From Phoronis australis (Eukaryota; Animalia; Phoronida), in the NCBI GenBank assembly GCA_002633005.1, contig NMRA01000527.1:124001-188000 (forward strand): a stretch of DNA of 64,000 bases, in the 5' to 3' direction. The first letter of the stretch is position 1. Each line of letters begins with the position of its first letter. The notes beneath the pieces are model-generated. The model saw nothing but the letters and a program-made list of their open reading frames with translations. It did not search any database and had not been told where the DNA came from. Positions 1 through 15,200 of the stretch are shown one piece after another. The position numbers were made by a program, and so were the translations under genes.

Positions 1-615
1 GTAAGTGCTTAAGCAAGCGACACACAAAATACAGGAGTTCACATAAGGTTGTGATCATTTGCTGCAAAAAGTTGTGTATTGGAGGTTCTTGATTATCCAT
101 GGCCTACTAGCCTTCCCACAATGCATTTCTACTCCTTTTAAAACAGAAAGGGTTCGGCAAAGTACATTAAAAATATTTTCAAGGGTCAATGATTGCAAAA
201 CTGGATGACTCAACACGGTTATTTTTGGCTACTAGGTAGAGAGCACGATACATTAAACAGTGGACACAACTAATATCATTGCCAAACAAAATGTTACCAC
301 CTAATGGATTAATCAATACACTCAACTTCTGAAGCATATCTAGATTGAGCCCACAGAGAAGGATCGAATCAGAGAACTGGCTATTCCACAAGGCCACAGC
401 TAATATGGCCACCAGTGAGGCCACAAGGGTAGTCTATGCCTCCTGGAAAGCACAGGGACCGTGTCAAATTAACTCATGAGTAGAGGGAAGGACTGAAATT
501 TCATAAATTTCACCTTTCATTATTCTCATGACGGACCAGTCTATAGTACATGGAGTGCGAACTCTATACTTTCCCAATACACGAGATCTGTGACCACGTG
601 CATAAGCCACATCTT

Positions 616-725
616 CTTTATTCACTATCATCAGTTGCTGAATTGGCCTGCTTTATTCACTATCAACAGTTGCTGAGTTGGCCTGCTTTATTCACTATCA
701 CAAGTTGCTGAGTTGGCCTGCTTTA
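616..725. repeat. 35-bp tandem repeat x3
   Basis: Unit CTTTATTCACTATCAxxAGTTGCTGARTTGGCCTG starts at 616, 651 and 686. Confidence 0.9.
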
Positions 726-3257
726 ATTCTGCTATGTAGGTCTTCTGCCTACGCTTTGTGTCATCAGAGCTTGAATTTTGTAATATTCTACTTCCTGAAC
801 TATTGTAAAAATTTCTCACGACACGAAGAATTCTACTAAAGGAAGGCGTTGAATGGTTTCTCGAAGCCAAAACTTTATTTTTCTCACTGCTAGACAGTAA
901 AATAGATACCAGAATTTCCAGTCTGAATACATTAATCGGAAGCATATAAAGTAAGTCGTACCTCCGCTTAGGAATTTCATAAGAAAATATAACATAAGCC
1001 AATCTATTGTCTATGATCTCTGATAACACAATTGTGTGCTCATCACAGAAAAATTTTACAATTGCAATAAAAGTTATAACTTATAATAAACACATCGGTT
1101 ACAAAGCGGAAGTACAGTTCCGAGTATTTTGAGATACACGCTAAAGCATAGTACCATTGAAAAACTAAAGAAAATATTACAAATTTCATCCAACGGGTTC
1201 TTCATCCCGCCTCCGTATTCACACGTGATGTACTTTACTACCACTGGACAAGGAATTTGATTTTGCTACACTTCACTGCTTAGGTACACTTCTCCACTGC
1301 TTAGGTTCTTCAATACACAGAATAAGAGCATTCAAAGTGAAAACTAACACAAAGAAAAGAGCAGGGCACACTTAAATCAACATCAAATCAGTTTCCATCT
1401 GGCAAATCTGTAACACAATAATTCAAGGTTAGCATAAATTCCTAAATGACCAAGACAAAAATGTCGTAGAAATGAGGTAAGGAGCAGAGGATGTTAGGTT
1501 CAGATGATGCATGGAACAGTTAATGTCAGGCAAAAACTACAGTTACATAACCACTGTTACTTCTGTCCTCTGATTGGCTAAAATGCGGTACAATAACTTC
1601 AGTTATGAGGTAATGCCGCCCTGACATCACATGGTGCTACCTATATTCGTGACCTGACCAATCAAACATTGTAAAAACCATAAACCCTGACAACAAAGCA
1701 GGCAGCCATTGACAGCACTACATAAAAGCAGGTAAAAACTAATCTAGTAAGAGACAAAATAAATGATAAACCATTAAAAGTGCATTGAGGAATTAGTCAA
1801 TAAAAGAATAGTCATCAAATCAGAAGACTTTGAATAACTCAAGAACAGTTAGCCATGCGTAACGAGAAACCAACATCACACCTCAGATAGCCCCCAAGGA
1901 GATCCATTTACATGTCAAAGTTCAGAAGGTTTTCTCAAACGAATGACATAGTAGAGATCACTGAGAGTGCTAATTGGAAAAATGGCCTCCACAGAGCACA
2001 AAAACTTTCAATTTCCCTAAAAAACCATAGCCCTCGAGCTATCGACCAGACAAACAATGTGTGTAAATTCCCTGTCAATTACACAAAAGATGTGACCTGA
2101 TGCATAAATATGACAAAAGTGAAGCAAGGGATGTCAATAAAGCAACAATCATCCAAACAGTAAATCTCGAGAGAAACAGCTCTCCAAATGCAGATAGCAC
2201 ACATACCGAATTTCAAAAAGATTTGTTAAGGAATGCTGGAGAAAAGAAAAACTCAACCATCAACAAAACTCCCAAATTTTCAAAAACAGCAAGTCCTAGC
2301 TAAAAATGGATGTCATAGTTCTGATAGTACTTGACGACATCTCTCCACCAACTAAATTTCAGAAAAACCCTGCAACAGATGCCACAGCGCCGTCTTGCAT
2401 TTAATTTCAACTAAAAACAAAAGGCTATTGACGACACAATTTGAGCGTAAATTTCATGTGGATCGGATAAGAAATGTGACCCCTAGTAGCATTCCAACAA
2501 AGAAACAAAAAATGACACAGTAACATACTTGGAAAATTTCATTTCACCAAGTAAAAATGAGAGGATGGAAAATCAGTGTTTGTGTAATGAAGCAAATATA
2601 AACCGATCCTCAGTTGTATCACGTCACAAGTACAAGGTAGAGCAATGTGGCCTTGTCACAAGTACCAGGTAGAGCAATGTGGCCCAAGGCCAGAGTCTGA
2701 GATGGTGCAGACGGCATGTCCTGACACATGAGACATAGACCAGGTTTAGTACAGAGATTCAGACCATCCATAATGTATTGAACATTAAGAACAGATCGAT
2801 GACATGAATGCATTTGGAAAACATGACATCAAGTGTAGACAACATCAGGTATAGGTGACTTTCAGTACATAACAAACAAAACTTGAGACGCAGGTGACAT
2901 TGGGTACAGATGCTGTTAGTATGGACAACTTGAGGTGAAGATGACGTTTGACAAAAGATAAAAAGTACAGGCGACAACAGATAGAAACAATGTTCAGTAC
3001 ACATAATGTCAGTCACAACTGGAACCAGTTACACACAACATTAGATACCAACAAGCTTTGTGCAGAAAATGTAAGGCACAAAATGGGCAAAATGCAAAAC
3101 TGTGCTCATGTGACGGAAGGATCTAGTCAAAAACTACAGGGGAAATCACTTATCAGTATCATTATTATGCAATAACAGTAACAGTAATATCAATTATCAT
3201 TGTGGTTACCATTCTTAGTATCATAATTCCAACTCAACAAGTTCAGACAGAACTTAC

Positions 3258-6200
3258 TTTCAATTCTTGCCGCTTGCCCTTCCTTCTCCTTGACAGCATT
3301 GTTTAACTTCCTGTTGTCTTCCTGTAGCTTAGCAACAACTGTCAACAACTCTTTTACCTCCTGTCTCCAAGTATCTTCAATTTGTTCAAGCTCCTAGATT
3401 GTGCAAGAAGAACGTGACTGTCAGTATATTGAGGACACGTCATACCAAACTCATTCTAGGAACATTCGAGGTCATATTAACACCTCAACAAAATGGGCCA
3501 GAAATGCGCGCAACCTGATATCCTTGCCCACGTTCTTACTCAAATCGTAGGCAACTTCTGTCAGTTCCAAAGTGGTTTAAATTCTTCAATTTCCAGATTG
3601 TACTAAGAACTACCTAAATGCGACTGGGCCCTTCGCAATAACATTTGATGTGAAGTGTGCCCCGACCACAAACATCCAATATACAAATGGCAGTCACTAT
3701 TTCAAACTTAGTGCCTAGAGGAAGCAACAATATTGAATTGAAATTGTCATTAGCTAGTACAGTCCTCATTATCCAAAGCAGGCAAGTGCCATCCTATCAG
3801 ACACAAAGCATCATATTATTAACCACTTAATCAATAACTGCACTCTCTGTGACAGGATGTATTTCACCACTGGCAGATATTTAAAACACAACCCACTCCA
3901 AGCAGTAATTTAAAACACAACCCACTCCAAGCAAACTATATTCCCAGTAGGAATGTTTTATTGACAAGATTAAATCCCCAATATTAGATTAAATTTTCAA
4001 AACAATTACAGCAAGTGCCAATGCACAGTAGATTTTCCAGTTATGGCTGAGATATTAGCACTTACCATGAACAGATGAGTACAGAACGCTCCTATCAACA
4101 ATACAAAAAGCTCATTCTCGCTTTCAATTGTCAAGACTTCTCAGAAAATGCAGTGCGTAATTACCATCAAATGATAAAGTAAAATTGCAAAACCGTTGAA
4201 TTTAGAAGACAAATTGAATTATTTAACTAGTTTTGAATAATCAACAGGGCGATTACTCTTACCCCTTGGGCATGCCATGCATCAACTCATCATATATTTA
4301 GCATCTACTATGGTTGACAAGTGACAGCCAAATTTCTCAGCAGAATGAACAACAAAAATTTTCATTTCATTTTAAACATATGAGCACAACCCCAGAAATC
4401 GCTTTCGAATAAGATTTAGGTTTTCAGTTACTCCCTTGCATACATTCTTTAGTAAGACCCAGATCAGAGGAGCAGGAGACACCTTTGTGCAATGCTCTAT
4501 TCTCTGCAGCTAAAGCCAGGATTAGAACTCGGATCTCCCAACCGTGAGTTTGGAGCTCTAACCACGGCACTGAGCTACACGGTCTACTCAATTCCTTACC
4601 ATGAAACAACACTTAAATGTTTTATTGTTTACGAAACATTGTAGTCAACATTTATAAAATGGCTAATGGCCATTTTGGCATTTTGTTTTGTATGAGATAA
4701 CTGAACAATCATTGAATTAAGACTCTCAGTTCAAGAGAAAGATGATAACTGTAACAAACAGAGAAACATGATAACTATAACAAACAAAATATACATTAAC
4801 AAACTCAACACCAGATCAAGAGAGAAAAAACGGATTTCAATGAAATATGCTGTAACACAATGGTTGTGTTATTAACTTGCTAAACCCTTAATCACTAAAT
4901 TACATTATCAAAGCCTGGCATGGTGTCACTAATCCACCCACAACAGTTCACTGATGGATTGGCGGAATTGAGTCAACGCACCGACAATTACACTAATTGA
5001 CACCAACGATTTTTTCTATTTGCAGACAACGTAGGTAGAACACTTATGTCTGAAAAACAGTCAATGCATTTCCTTCTACTGTCGCAGAATAAACATCCAC
5101 GCTATCAATAGCTGAGATACTTTCAGCAAATCCTTTACTCAAAGAAGAAAAACTCCAAACAAGAATTGAGAGATCAGATGTCGAAGGAGATTTAAGTCTT
5201 TGAAGTCATATCATTAGTGGCTGTCATGTGTATTAACTTGGGTTTGTGAATAGCAGGTTGTTGCCTTGAAACATATATGCCTGGAGTCAAAGTTATCCTG
5301 TGCTAGAAAAGGGGCCGCAGGGAAATGTCCCATCCCTCAACACATTTATCTGTGCCCCTTTTCTAGCACATGGAATCATCTAATACTGGATTATTTTGTA
5401 TTGTTGAACTACGTCGTTTACAAAACATTCGCCACTGAAGAAATAAGCACGACAAAGTGTCTGGTTTTTTTAATACCGGTACATGCTTATTGTTTTACTG
5501 CCTTTTATACTGTTTCATTACCGGTAACGACATTTCAGTGTCTCATATTAGTCTACACCATATTAAATTGGTTTGTACTGCGTAAATGTTAAAAAATATT
5601 TGGAAAAGTTTCCATAATTTTCAGCAATCAGCTTTTGAAAACTCCAAAAATTACAACAATTTTGGCATATCTATTTATTGACCTGTGTGAAATATGTATA
5701 GAATAATTGTGTGTATTCGAAAATCTCCTGAGCTCATAACTGTGTAACTTGCAGTGAATTCTGTAATGCTGAATGGCATTGTGCCACATCCATAATGAAC
5801 ACTCTAACTGATTATATACTGTTGATTGTTAGGCACTAATTGCTAAACATGTATAAGCACTACTGGGAGAACAATTGGTATAAATTAATTGTCAAACACA
5901 AGCTACATACCGTAGTTCACAAGACATCAAACTGAACTTCTTTGCTTATTTCACCCCATTTCTCCACAGTGCCCAAAGACAGTCCCATTTTAAGATTACC
6001 AAAGAAAAATCCGCATACCTGTCACAAAATAGCATGCAAACAGCAAGGGAAAGTTTGATGGGAGATCGCATGATACCTAAGCTGCCAGTTAATCATGTGA
6101 GGTCATATTTTTATAAACAAAGCTTCAAAGTAATGATGTTTATGCTTCATAAGATTACAAATAAGCCATTTTTTGTAGTTCGATAACTTAAGTATACAGA

Positions 6201-9200
6201 ATTACGTTTCGTGACAAGGAAAGAGAAGTAGAAAATGTAAAATAAACAGAAAATAAGTAGATTTAAAGGAGAATGCCACCCAAAAAACAATCTATTTTGT
6301 ATCAATTTAAATCGAATAGTTCCACTCGATTACAGCAAGTTCAGTTGTTTTACCTGACACCTAACAGCAAAGGGAGATGTTGAAATTAACCAATGACATT
6401 ATCGGTTCAAACGCTGTCTGTTCAGCTGTTCACTGTGTTCGCTATGTAGAAATAACAGGTAACAGTGTCTGGGGGAAATAACATGGTGAGGTAATTCTTA
6501 ACCTTCATATGTTCATTGAAATTTATTTCATATAACTGTTTTGCTATCAATTGTAAACCCATAAAAAATTATTACATTTTCTGAATTCTCAGTGACTGAC
6601 ATAGTTTTAACTCATGCTTTGAAATGTTATTTTCAGAGCTTTCTTAAGAAGGCCTTTGTACAATTTTAAGTTTTGTGTTAACTTGTCCACAACAAAAGTT
6701 CCACATGCAAGAAAAGTGTGTTTTCAATTGTAGCTAGCTTGATAAGAATCTGCTATACACAAAATTTGAGAATAAACAATTATCAGTGTATTTAAAAAAC
6801 AAAATGGCAAACAGAACAACCACATACATACAAAGAAACAACATTGTTAAAAACAATTGTAATTTTCGCATGCAACGGAATCCATAATCAGGCATATCAA
6901 GGCCTGAATTTCTGAATTAAGTAGTTCAATTCTCTCAGGTTATTGCTGAAGGATTGCTTTTCACTTTGTCCAAAGGTAAAATAGACGGTCAGCCAGCTGG
7001 TTTCAGTCGTTTTTTCTCACCTGTAACAGAATAGTCAGATAAATACTAACAAATTATAAAAGAAAACACAAGACAAAACTACTTCAGTAAGGCAGAATAT
7101 ATTTGACGTTTCATCTTCATGTTTATATGTAGAAACTTATAATCTTTGTACCCAAGTCTTATTTAAGATCTGAATTAAAATATGTGAAACAGGCTAAAGT
7201 GATTTCACAATGTGCATTTTTCACGACACCTAAAATGTGCTTCTGACCTCAAGTAAAATTCATTCTAGGTGCCAACTTTTATTCCAATACAATGTTACGG
7301 CGTTTACTGAATAGCTTATTCATGTTAATTCGGTAACTAATCTGGTAGTCCTGGGGATGGGGTTCACTATAAAATACGGAACTCACTCATCTAGAGAATT
7401 TTATAGGACATAGCATAGCTCTGAAGAGAAACTGCTGAGAAAAGGTCACCCATGATTTCTTCACGTACCATACACCTCTTATATTTGGCGCTTTCCCACC
7501 CCAGACAATATGTGAATATGTGCTGCCAGCCTACCCGGCATCCAACAACCGGGTGAGTTTCCGAAAAGAAACACTTAGTTCCATTCAATAAACCCGTTAT
7601 TCAGTGGGGTAACTTGTGGGGATAACATCACCGAATGATGTCGATAGAAACTTGTTTGCTAAAAACTTACCAAGTAACGTTATGTAGTCTCCCAATGGGG
7701 CTTCGGCATCCACACACTTTTTCTCAGTTGGTTGACTTTTTTGACCGCAATTCTCCACGAATGTAGTAACCTTAGGTCTTCTGGAATTTGTGACCACCTG
7801 TCCAAGACTTGCACCAGGGAAAATAGCAATAATAAGGCTCAGCACGACGATGTATTTTGATAACAACCTGTCTTTTTACCAGCTGTTTACATGCAGACAG
7901 CGACGCATGCGCAATTCAATCACCACAAATACAGCAGCGACACCGCGAGGAGAATTCTCCGAATAGCCCCATTATAAGTCTAAACGCGAAACTGGAGCAA
8001 GGCAGAAAGGATCATCTCTACTGCGCTTGTGCAATGACCATTATACGGGTTCTTTGTCTTTGTAACTCTCGTCATTTGTAAACCTGCGCATGTGCGATCC
8101 AGTCTCTCCAGCCTGCACTTTCCGTCTTGCCACTGTTTGTGAGTTGTGTGTGTAAACGGCCACTTGACACGGATCAATTTGCTCTGTGTCAGTTGCGCCA
8201 GGCCAAAAGTTGATGTCTAAACGGGACTTAAACGGGACTATAATAAAGATTCCCCCAACATGTGACCATACCACATAAAATTGAGTCACTGTTTCACAAC
8301 AGCTTTCTGTCAGCAAACACTGAATTAGCATGCGCTCGCATGGCCTCGGTACCTGGTCAATTACTTTTATTGCATCTAAAGCAGGTAACACAGCTAACTG
8401 CTGGCTTCCCAAAATATTTGCACTCACGAGTGCTCCACAAATGCATTACAAATTGTATCTAATTAGACAGACTTTGTTTCAGTTTTATATAACCATTGGT
8501 TAGGGTGAGAATAATTCATTTTGAAACAGAACGCAGAATAAAAATCGTCTACACGGCAACTCGCCTAGCGTCAATCCCGATTTAGTCGAGAGCTCACCCG
8601 ACGAAGACTTCACGGGTCGAATTGTTAGGTTTCACAGGCTACCAGTTCGAACCGGAATACACTGATCAAGAAATACAAGAGAGGCGCCGTGAACATGCAC
8701 AGGCAACGGAACGTATGGATAGTTCTTTCGTAAGCCGGGATTTGTTAGAAAAATCACTGTCCGACAATGATTTCTCTGACGAAACGCCGGCCACAGACAC
8801 AGAGATGTTTCACGGCCTCATACTTGCTATCAACAGCGTACTTTTCATTCTTCACGACTGCGCGCCACTTCCTAAGCATTTCGGGCTATTGAGGAAGTCG
8901 AAAAAACAAATATAATTGCAAGGTAGCACTGATATTTATACGTGGACGCATTATGCCGTCATCTTTGTCCGTCCGTCCGTCCGGGCGGCGTCCGTCCGGC
9001 GTCCGCTGCTCTATCTCCAAAACCCTTTTGACATACGTTCATGAAATTTGGGACATATGTTCCATTCATGAATGGGACGGCATGTGCGAACTTTCGGACG
9101 GATCCGACTACCGGTGTGCCCCCTAGTGGCAATTTTAGTTTTTTACGCTTACCTTTGTATCTTCAAAAGTCCTGAACGGATTTTCATGAAATTTGGTATG

Positions 9201-12200
9201 TAGGCACCTAGTAGTGAGATGACGCTATCCTGCCGTTTTCNTCATTCTTCACGACTGCGCGCCACTTCCTAAGCATTTCGGGCTATTGAGGAAGTCGAAA
9301 AAACAAATATAATTGCAAGGTAGCACTGATTTTTCTTAATGTGACAATTTGAGAACATTTACACGTGCTAATTGACATAAAATTTATGTCGAATTCCATT
9401 GGTGATTTTTCAAGCAAAATATAAGACACTATTAGCGATGACACCACCCTTTAATTGTTGACAATAACAGTGGCCCCTGGCGATAACTTTAATAAGACTC
9501 AAGTTGACCATTCATACTACACCGCAGCGTCGACACTCCGCTTTTAAATCCACCTGTTTACTGCAAAGTTAATTTGCACTGTTAACTTCGATCCAGGACC
9601 AAAGTTAACTGCTCACACTTACTGCAACTCCCCAAAACATTGTCACATTGATGTTAGTATGAAAGGGCCTTTAAAGTCAATCTTTGCTGAGTTTCATCAC
9701 GAGTTAGGAGAAAACAAGAGGTTCACTGGTACTCTGAAACATGACTGCTTCTTGTAAAATAGACGGTTGTTAATAAAAATAGTAATTACACTAGTGTACA
9801 ATAGTTCTCAAACAAAAAGGAATCAGCATTTGAAGTTTGTCCTATATAATAAAAAGTTTCCTATATGTTCTTTTATCAGTGAATAACAGAAATATCACTG
9901 TACGAGTCATTTATGCAATCACCAAATGAACCCAATCACAAAAATATCAACACCAGGATTGTAAGGCATAAGTACATGATTTATTGCATGAATTTAAAGA
10001 TGTCGTCCAAGTGGTGCCTATGGACAAGTAACAAATAGATGATTCTTGTATCACCTGACTGATTCAATCTTGGTTGAAATGATCAGCTACTTAAGTGGTG
10101 TACAAGATCATTGCTTTATGGTGACGTAAATAAATTAGTTTTGCGTATATATATCTCAAGAGCTGAACAACAGGAACAGTGGGAACTAATCCATGGCTGC
10201 ACAGATCAGAGACCTTTTTGCTAGTTGTTCTCGTAGCAAGCTAGAATATGGATTTTGTGAATAACAATGGTGACATTAGGTTCCCAAGTGAATGATTTCC
10301 TTTGATTTATAAAGCCTTTTAATACCTGAACATAAACCCGCATCAGAGGAGCGCTGAGTTGAACTGTACAGTTAGGTGAAGCATAACCTTGACCTGCTTC
10401 GATGGTTAGTCTGCACCAGCCTTGCATTCCTGCGCCAGCTTTGCAGGCTGGTGTGTGGGTCATTAAAATTGTCTCAAGATGGCGTTCCAAAACATTATGC
10501 AGCCGTAATTTTTAAATATTTATAGTTGGGCAATAAGCGGAAGGAAGTGCATGTTGCGGCAGAACAGTGATATTTGAAAATATATCAAAAAACGCTACAA
10601 GTTGCGCCGTTATCAACAGCGATGAATGCCGATAAAATACTAAACCAGCCTTCCAGCCTACAGTGAAATGGCTTACAGCAGCTAGTTAACACAAGGCCTT
10701 ACTTGTTCACGGTCAGGGTGCCCTGTATAGCTCAGCTTTCTTAGTAAGGATTATTTGCAGGCAGAAACAGTTTATTATAGTGTGTGCACCGGAGGGTGAC
10801 AGGGGTTTTATGACCTGTGATACGACTTCTTTCACATCTGGATGAGAAGAGGTTTTGAGCTGGGGAAAATGGGCAATTCGGCAATTTATTACCACTTATG
10901 TCAATTGGGTCAAGCTCAGGTGTTGGGCCTCCAGTAACAGAAGTGTCAGTTATTCATAGGCCCATAAATCACCCCTAGTGAAAGCAAAGAGAAAGGTGAT
11001 TATAGTTTTTAACTGTAAGAAGTTAAAAGCTTGTTTTTGAAACAGAAAGTGTAGGTTCGCAGCGGCTTGAAATTTCAATGACAATGCAGAGCTTGACACA
11101 AGCGAAAATGCGCTGCTTGAAAATATGAGTAACATTGTAATCTGAAAAAAAAATGTCCAACGTCAAATGTCATCTGTACGAGTGAGACCAATTTCCTACT
11201 CGGATTTTATTTTTTCTACTCGTAATTTCTAGGGTGAGTTCACTTATCAGGTATTTCAAGCCTTGCAATGAGAATACACTAAAAAGTAGAGCGCTCAAAA
11301 ATATTAGGTGTATAATCAACTGGAATTGTCCTAAAACACACACAAACACACATGTGCACACGCACACACAAACACACACACACACACTCGCATGCACGCA
11401 CACACACACACATGCATGCATGAACCCGTACAAAAGAGCAAAACAGTCATACAAAATTGATACAAGAAAAATCATCCAATAGTAGAACTTCAACACATAG
11501 TGAACTACGTAAACACAGATGCAAATTGAAAATTTTAGCCGCCACCAATAAAACCCATAAGACATCAATGTTAATGTCTTCCTGAAAAAAAATAATTAAG
11601 ATCTGATCTCATGCCTATGTAAACAAATAGAATTATCAATAGCTTTGGTTTAGTATAATGAGAATAGCCTCAGTTTTCTTTTTCCCTATGAGTGAATACT
11701 ACATATTATATAGCACCAGAGTCAGAGGTCAGTGTAATGTTTTGTGTAATGTTTTACCCAAGCTCGAACCTCAACCAGAAAATTGACCAAGTGCATGACA
11801 CACTTCAAGTAAACCTAAAAGTCTGTACTCAAATCACCCAAGGTGATTACCAGTAATTCAAGTTTCCAGTTTGTGTCAGAGTCTAGTCAGAATTAAGAGA
11901 TAAAATCCTGAGCTTAGGTGTTTCAATGTATATTGTGCAAACCTTATGTTACTCAGGTACTGGTAGTATTGAGGAAGTAATGCTCAGTAAGACACATACC
12001 TGATGCCTTGACAAAACTAAGTGTTGCTCCTGTGGTGTCTATTCAGTAAGTGAACAGGGAAATTCAACGGCACCACTTAAATTTTTGGACTGTTTTGTCA
12101 TAAGGCTACACGTCCACTTTGCACTGCATCATACTGGCANATAAAATACTGAACCAGCCTTCCAGCCTACAGTGAAATGGCTTACAGCAGCTAGTTAACA

Positions 12201-15200
12201 CAAAGCCTTACTTGTTCACGGTCAGGGTGCCCTGTATAGCTCAGCTTTCTTAGTAAGGATTATTTGCAGGCAGAAACAGTTTATTATAGTGTGTGCAGCG
12301 GAGGGTGACAGGGGTTTTATGGCCTGTGATACCACTTCTTTCACATCTGGATGAGAAGAGGTTTTGAGCTGGGGAAAATTGGGCAATTCCGCAATTTATT
12401 ACCACTTATGTCAATTGGGTCAAGCTCAGGCATTAGGCCTCCAGTAACAAAAGTGTCAGTTATTCATAGGCCCATAAATCACCCCTAGTGAAAGCAAAGA
12501 GAAAGGTGATTATAGTTTTTAACTGTAAGAAGTTAAAAGCTTGTTTTTGAGACAGAAAGTGTAGGTTCGCAGCGGCTTGAAATTTCAATGACAATGCAGA
12601 GCTTGACACAAGCAAAAATGCGCTGCTTGAAAATATGAGTAACACTATATTCTGAAAAAAATGTCCAACGTCAAATGTCATCTGTACGAGTGAGACCAAT
12701 TTCCTACTCGGATTTCATTTTTTCTACTCGTAATTTCTAGGATGAATTCACTTATCAGGTATTTCAAGCCTTGCAATGAAAATACATTAGAAAGTGGAGC
12801 GCTCAAAAATATAAGGTGTATAATCAACTGGAATTGTCCTAAAACACATACAAACACACATGTGCACACGCACACACAAACACACACACACACAAACACT
12901 CACATGCACGCACGCACGCACGCACACACACACATGCATGCATGAACCCGTACAAAAGAGCAAAACAGTCATACAAAATTGATACAAGAAAAATCATCCA
13001 ATAGTAAAACTTCAGCACATAGTGAACTACGTAAACACAGATGCAAATTGAAAATTTTAGCCGCCGCCAATAAAACCAATAAGACATCAATGTTAATGTC
13101 TTCCTGAAAAAAATAATTAAGATCTGATCTCATGCCTATGTAAACAAATAGAATTATCAATAGCTTTGGTTTAGTATAATGAGAATAGTCTCAGTGTTTT
13201 CTTTTTCCCTACGAGTGAATACTACATATATAACACCAGAGTCAGAGGTCAGTGTAATGTTTTGTGTAATGTTTTACCCAAGCTCGAACCTCGACCAGAA
13301 AATTGACCAAGTGCATGACACACTTCAAGTAAACCTTAAAGTCTGTACTCAAATCACCCAAGGTGATTACCAGTAATTCAAGTTTCCAGTTTGTGTCAGA
13401 GTCCAGTCAGAATTAAGAGATAAAATCCTGAGCTTAGGTGTTTCAATGTATATTGTGCAAACCTTATGTTACTCAGGTACTAGTATTGAGGAAGTAATGC
13501 TCAGTGAGAAACATACCTGATGCCTTGACAAAACTAAGTGTTGCTCCTGTGGTGTCTATTCAGTAAGTGAACAGGGAAATTCAACGGCACCACTTAAATT
13601 TTTGGACTGTTTTGTCATAAGGCTACACGTCCACTTTGCACTGCATCATACTGGCAACGCTTTTATTTAAATCAAAATTACATTGGTAGTTTTAGTAATG
13701 GCAAAATTTTACTGTGGCCAGCACTATTAATACCGTAGATAGCACATCTGATTAGATGTAATGGGCTCAGACATTAGTACTTTGATATGATTCAAACACA
13801 TGTAATCTTATGTTAGACTGTGACCCATTAAGATAAAGACATAGTTTCACTTTAAGTTTGTGATGGATCAGGTGGATAATGAGTTTGATAAGAGGGAGTG
13901 AAACATCTGAGCTCTTTAAAAAAACGTAAGAGAGAAAGCTGCTGTGTCATGCCAGTTCTATGAAAACATAATTAATTCCTCAGTAGTTCTACGCATTTAA
14001 ATGGCAAAACTGTCACTTTTCTATTTTTAAAAAATCAACCAATGCTATAAAAATCAAATTTCATAAGATGAGGTTATACCGGTATATAACAACTGTACTG
14101 TACACAACCTTGCCACTAAAAGATTTAGAATTTTCCGAGCATTAATTTTTGTTGAGAAATTTGATAAAGTAATACCACAAGTCTGCCACACTGATTGTGT
14201 GTGTTAAACAGACCTTAAGAAGTTAAACCAGACTCAATTTATAATATAAGGATATAAACTCTCAATATACACTCATATTATGTTTTTCTAACAGCCAGGT
14301 GTTTCCCCAAGGTTTCTGTTTCTGAACACTTGAATACATGTGAATATTTATTTTACATCACCTGACTGGCAAAATCCTCACAGGAATGAGCATTAAAGTC
14401 AAATGAATTTCCAGTCAGTGGAGTAAAGCTCTTCCGTAAACCCTACAGGCACTAGTGACTTATGGCAAGCAGTAGTGTTAAAACACTGTGTGGAGATGTA
14501 ATGACGTAAAACCGGGGATGGTACATTGCTGTGAAACTAAATAGTTTATCTATCGATTCTCTGAGAGAAACCTGATAATACTAGATAAAAGAAAAATCGA
14601 TGTATAATGACTCTCGCGTTCAAAGACTGATGATTGCAACAGTTTCTGATGGAAAATAAAATTAATTATAGTATGCTATGTTACTGTAATAAAGACAGGT
14701 TTTAAATAATTAATTTTAGGATATGAAAAGATTTCTCTTCACAAAGAGAATCATGAACGGTCTTTCGTGGAAAAAATGTGCATATATTTCCACATTTCCA
14801 TATTAAGAAGAAACAAGAATTGTGGTTTAGTTTATAATTTATCCTTACATTCCAGCCGCGCCAACCTTCATTTGTGTAATTTTGGGTGGTCTTGCCTGAT
14901 CCCAGTTATCTCGCGATGTAAAAATGGTCAGTTGCCGATTTGGGTATTAACTGAACGAAAGCCTGTTCGAAAAAAGTTTGATTGGGGGACTACTTAATCA
15001 AGCTGGGAAGAGTTAAAGACATAACGACCTCTTAAGGTGTCCCTCTATGTGCAATCGGTACTAACAGCAACATGACTTTGATTGTTTAATTAGTGGGAGG
15101 CATGGTGGCTCTATGAGATAGCCACCTTCTGTACTTGGGCCACAAAAGACAATGGTGCTATCTATTTGAGTGCTTGATTAGATGTGGCATGGTGACTTTG

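Noticed and set aside
179-424. ORF with NILFGND resembling a LINE ORF2 C-terminus
   Set aside because: The similarity is too short and degenerate to support a call.
11170-13090. Cys/Val- and His/Thr-rich ORFs
   Set aside because: Translations of (CA)n microsatellites in duplicated intron sequence.
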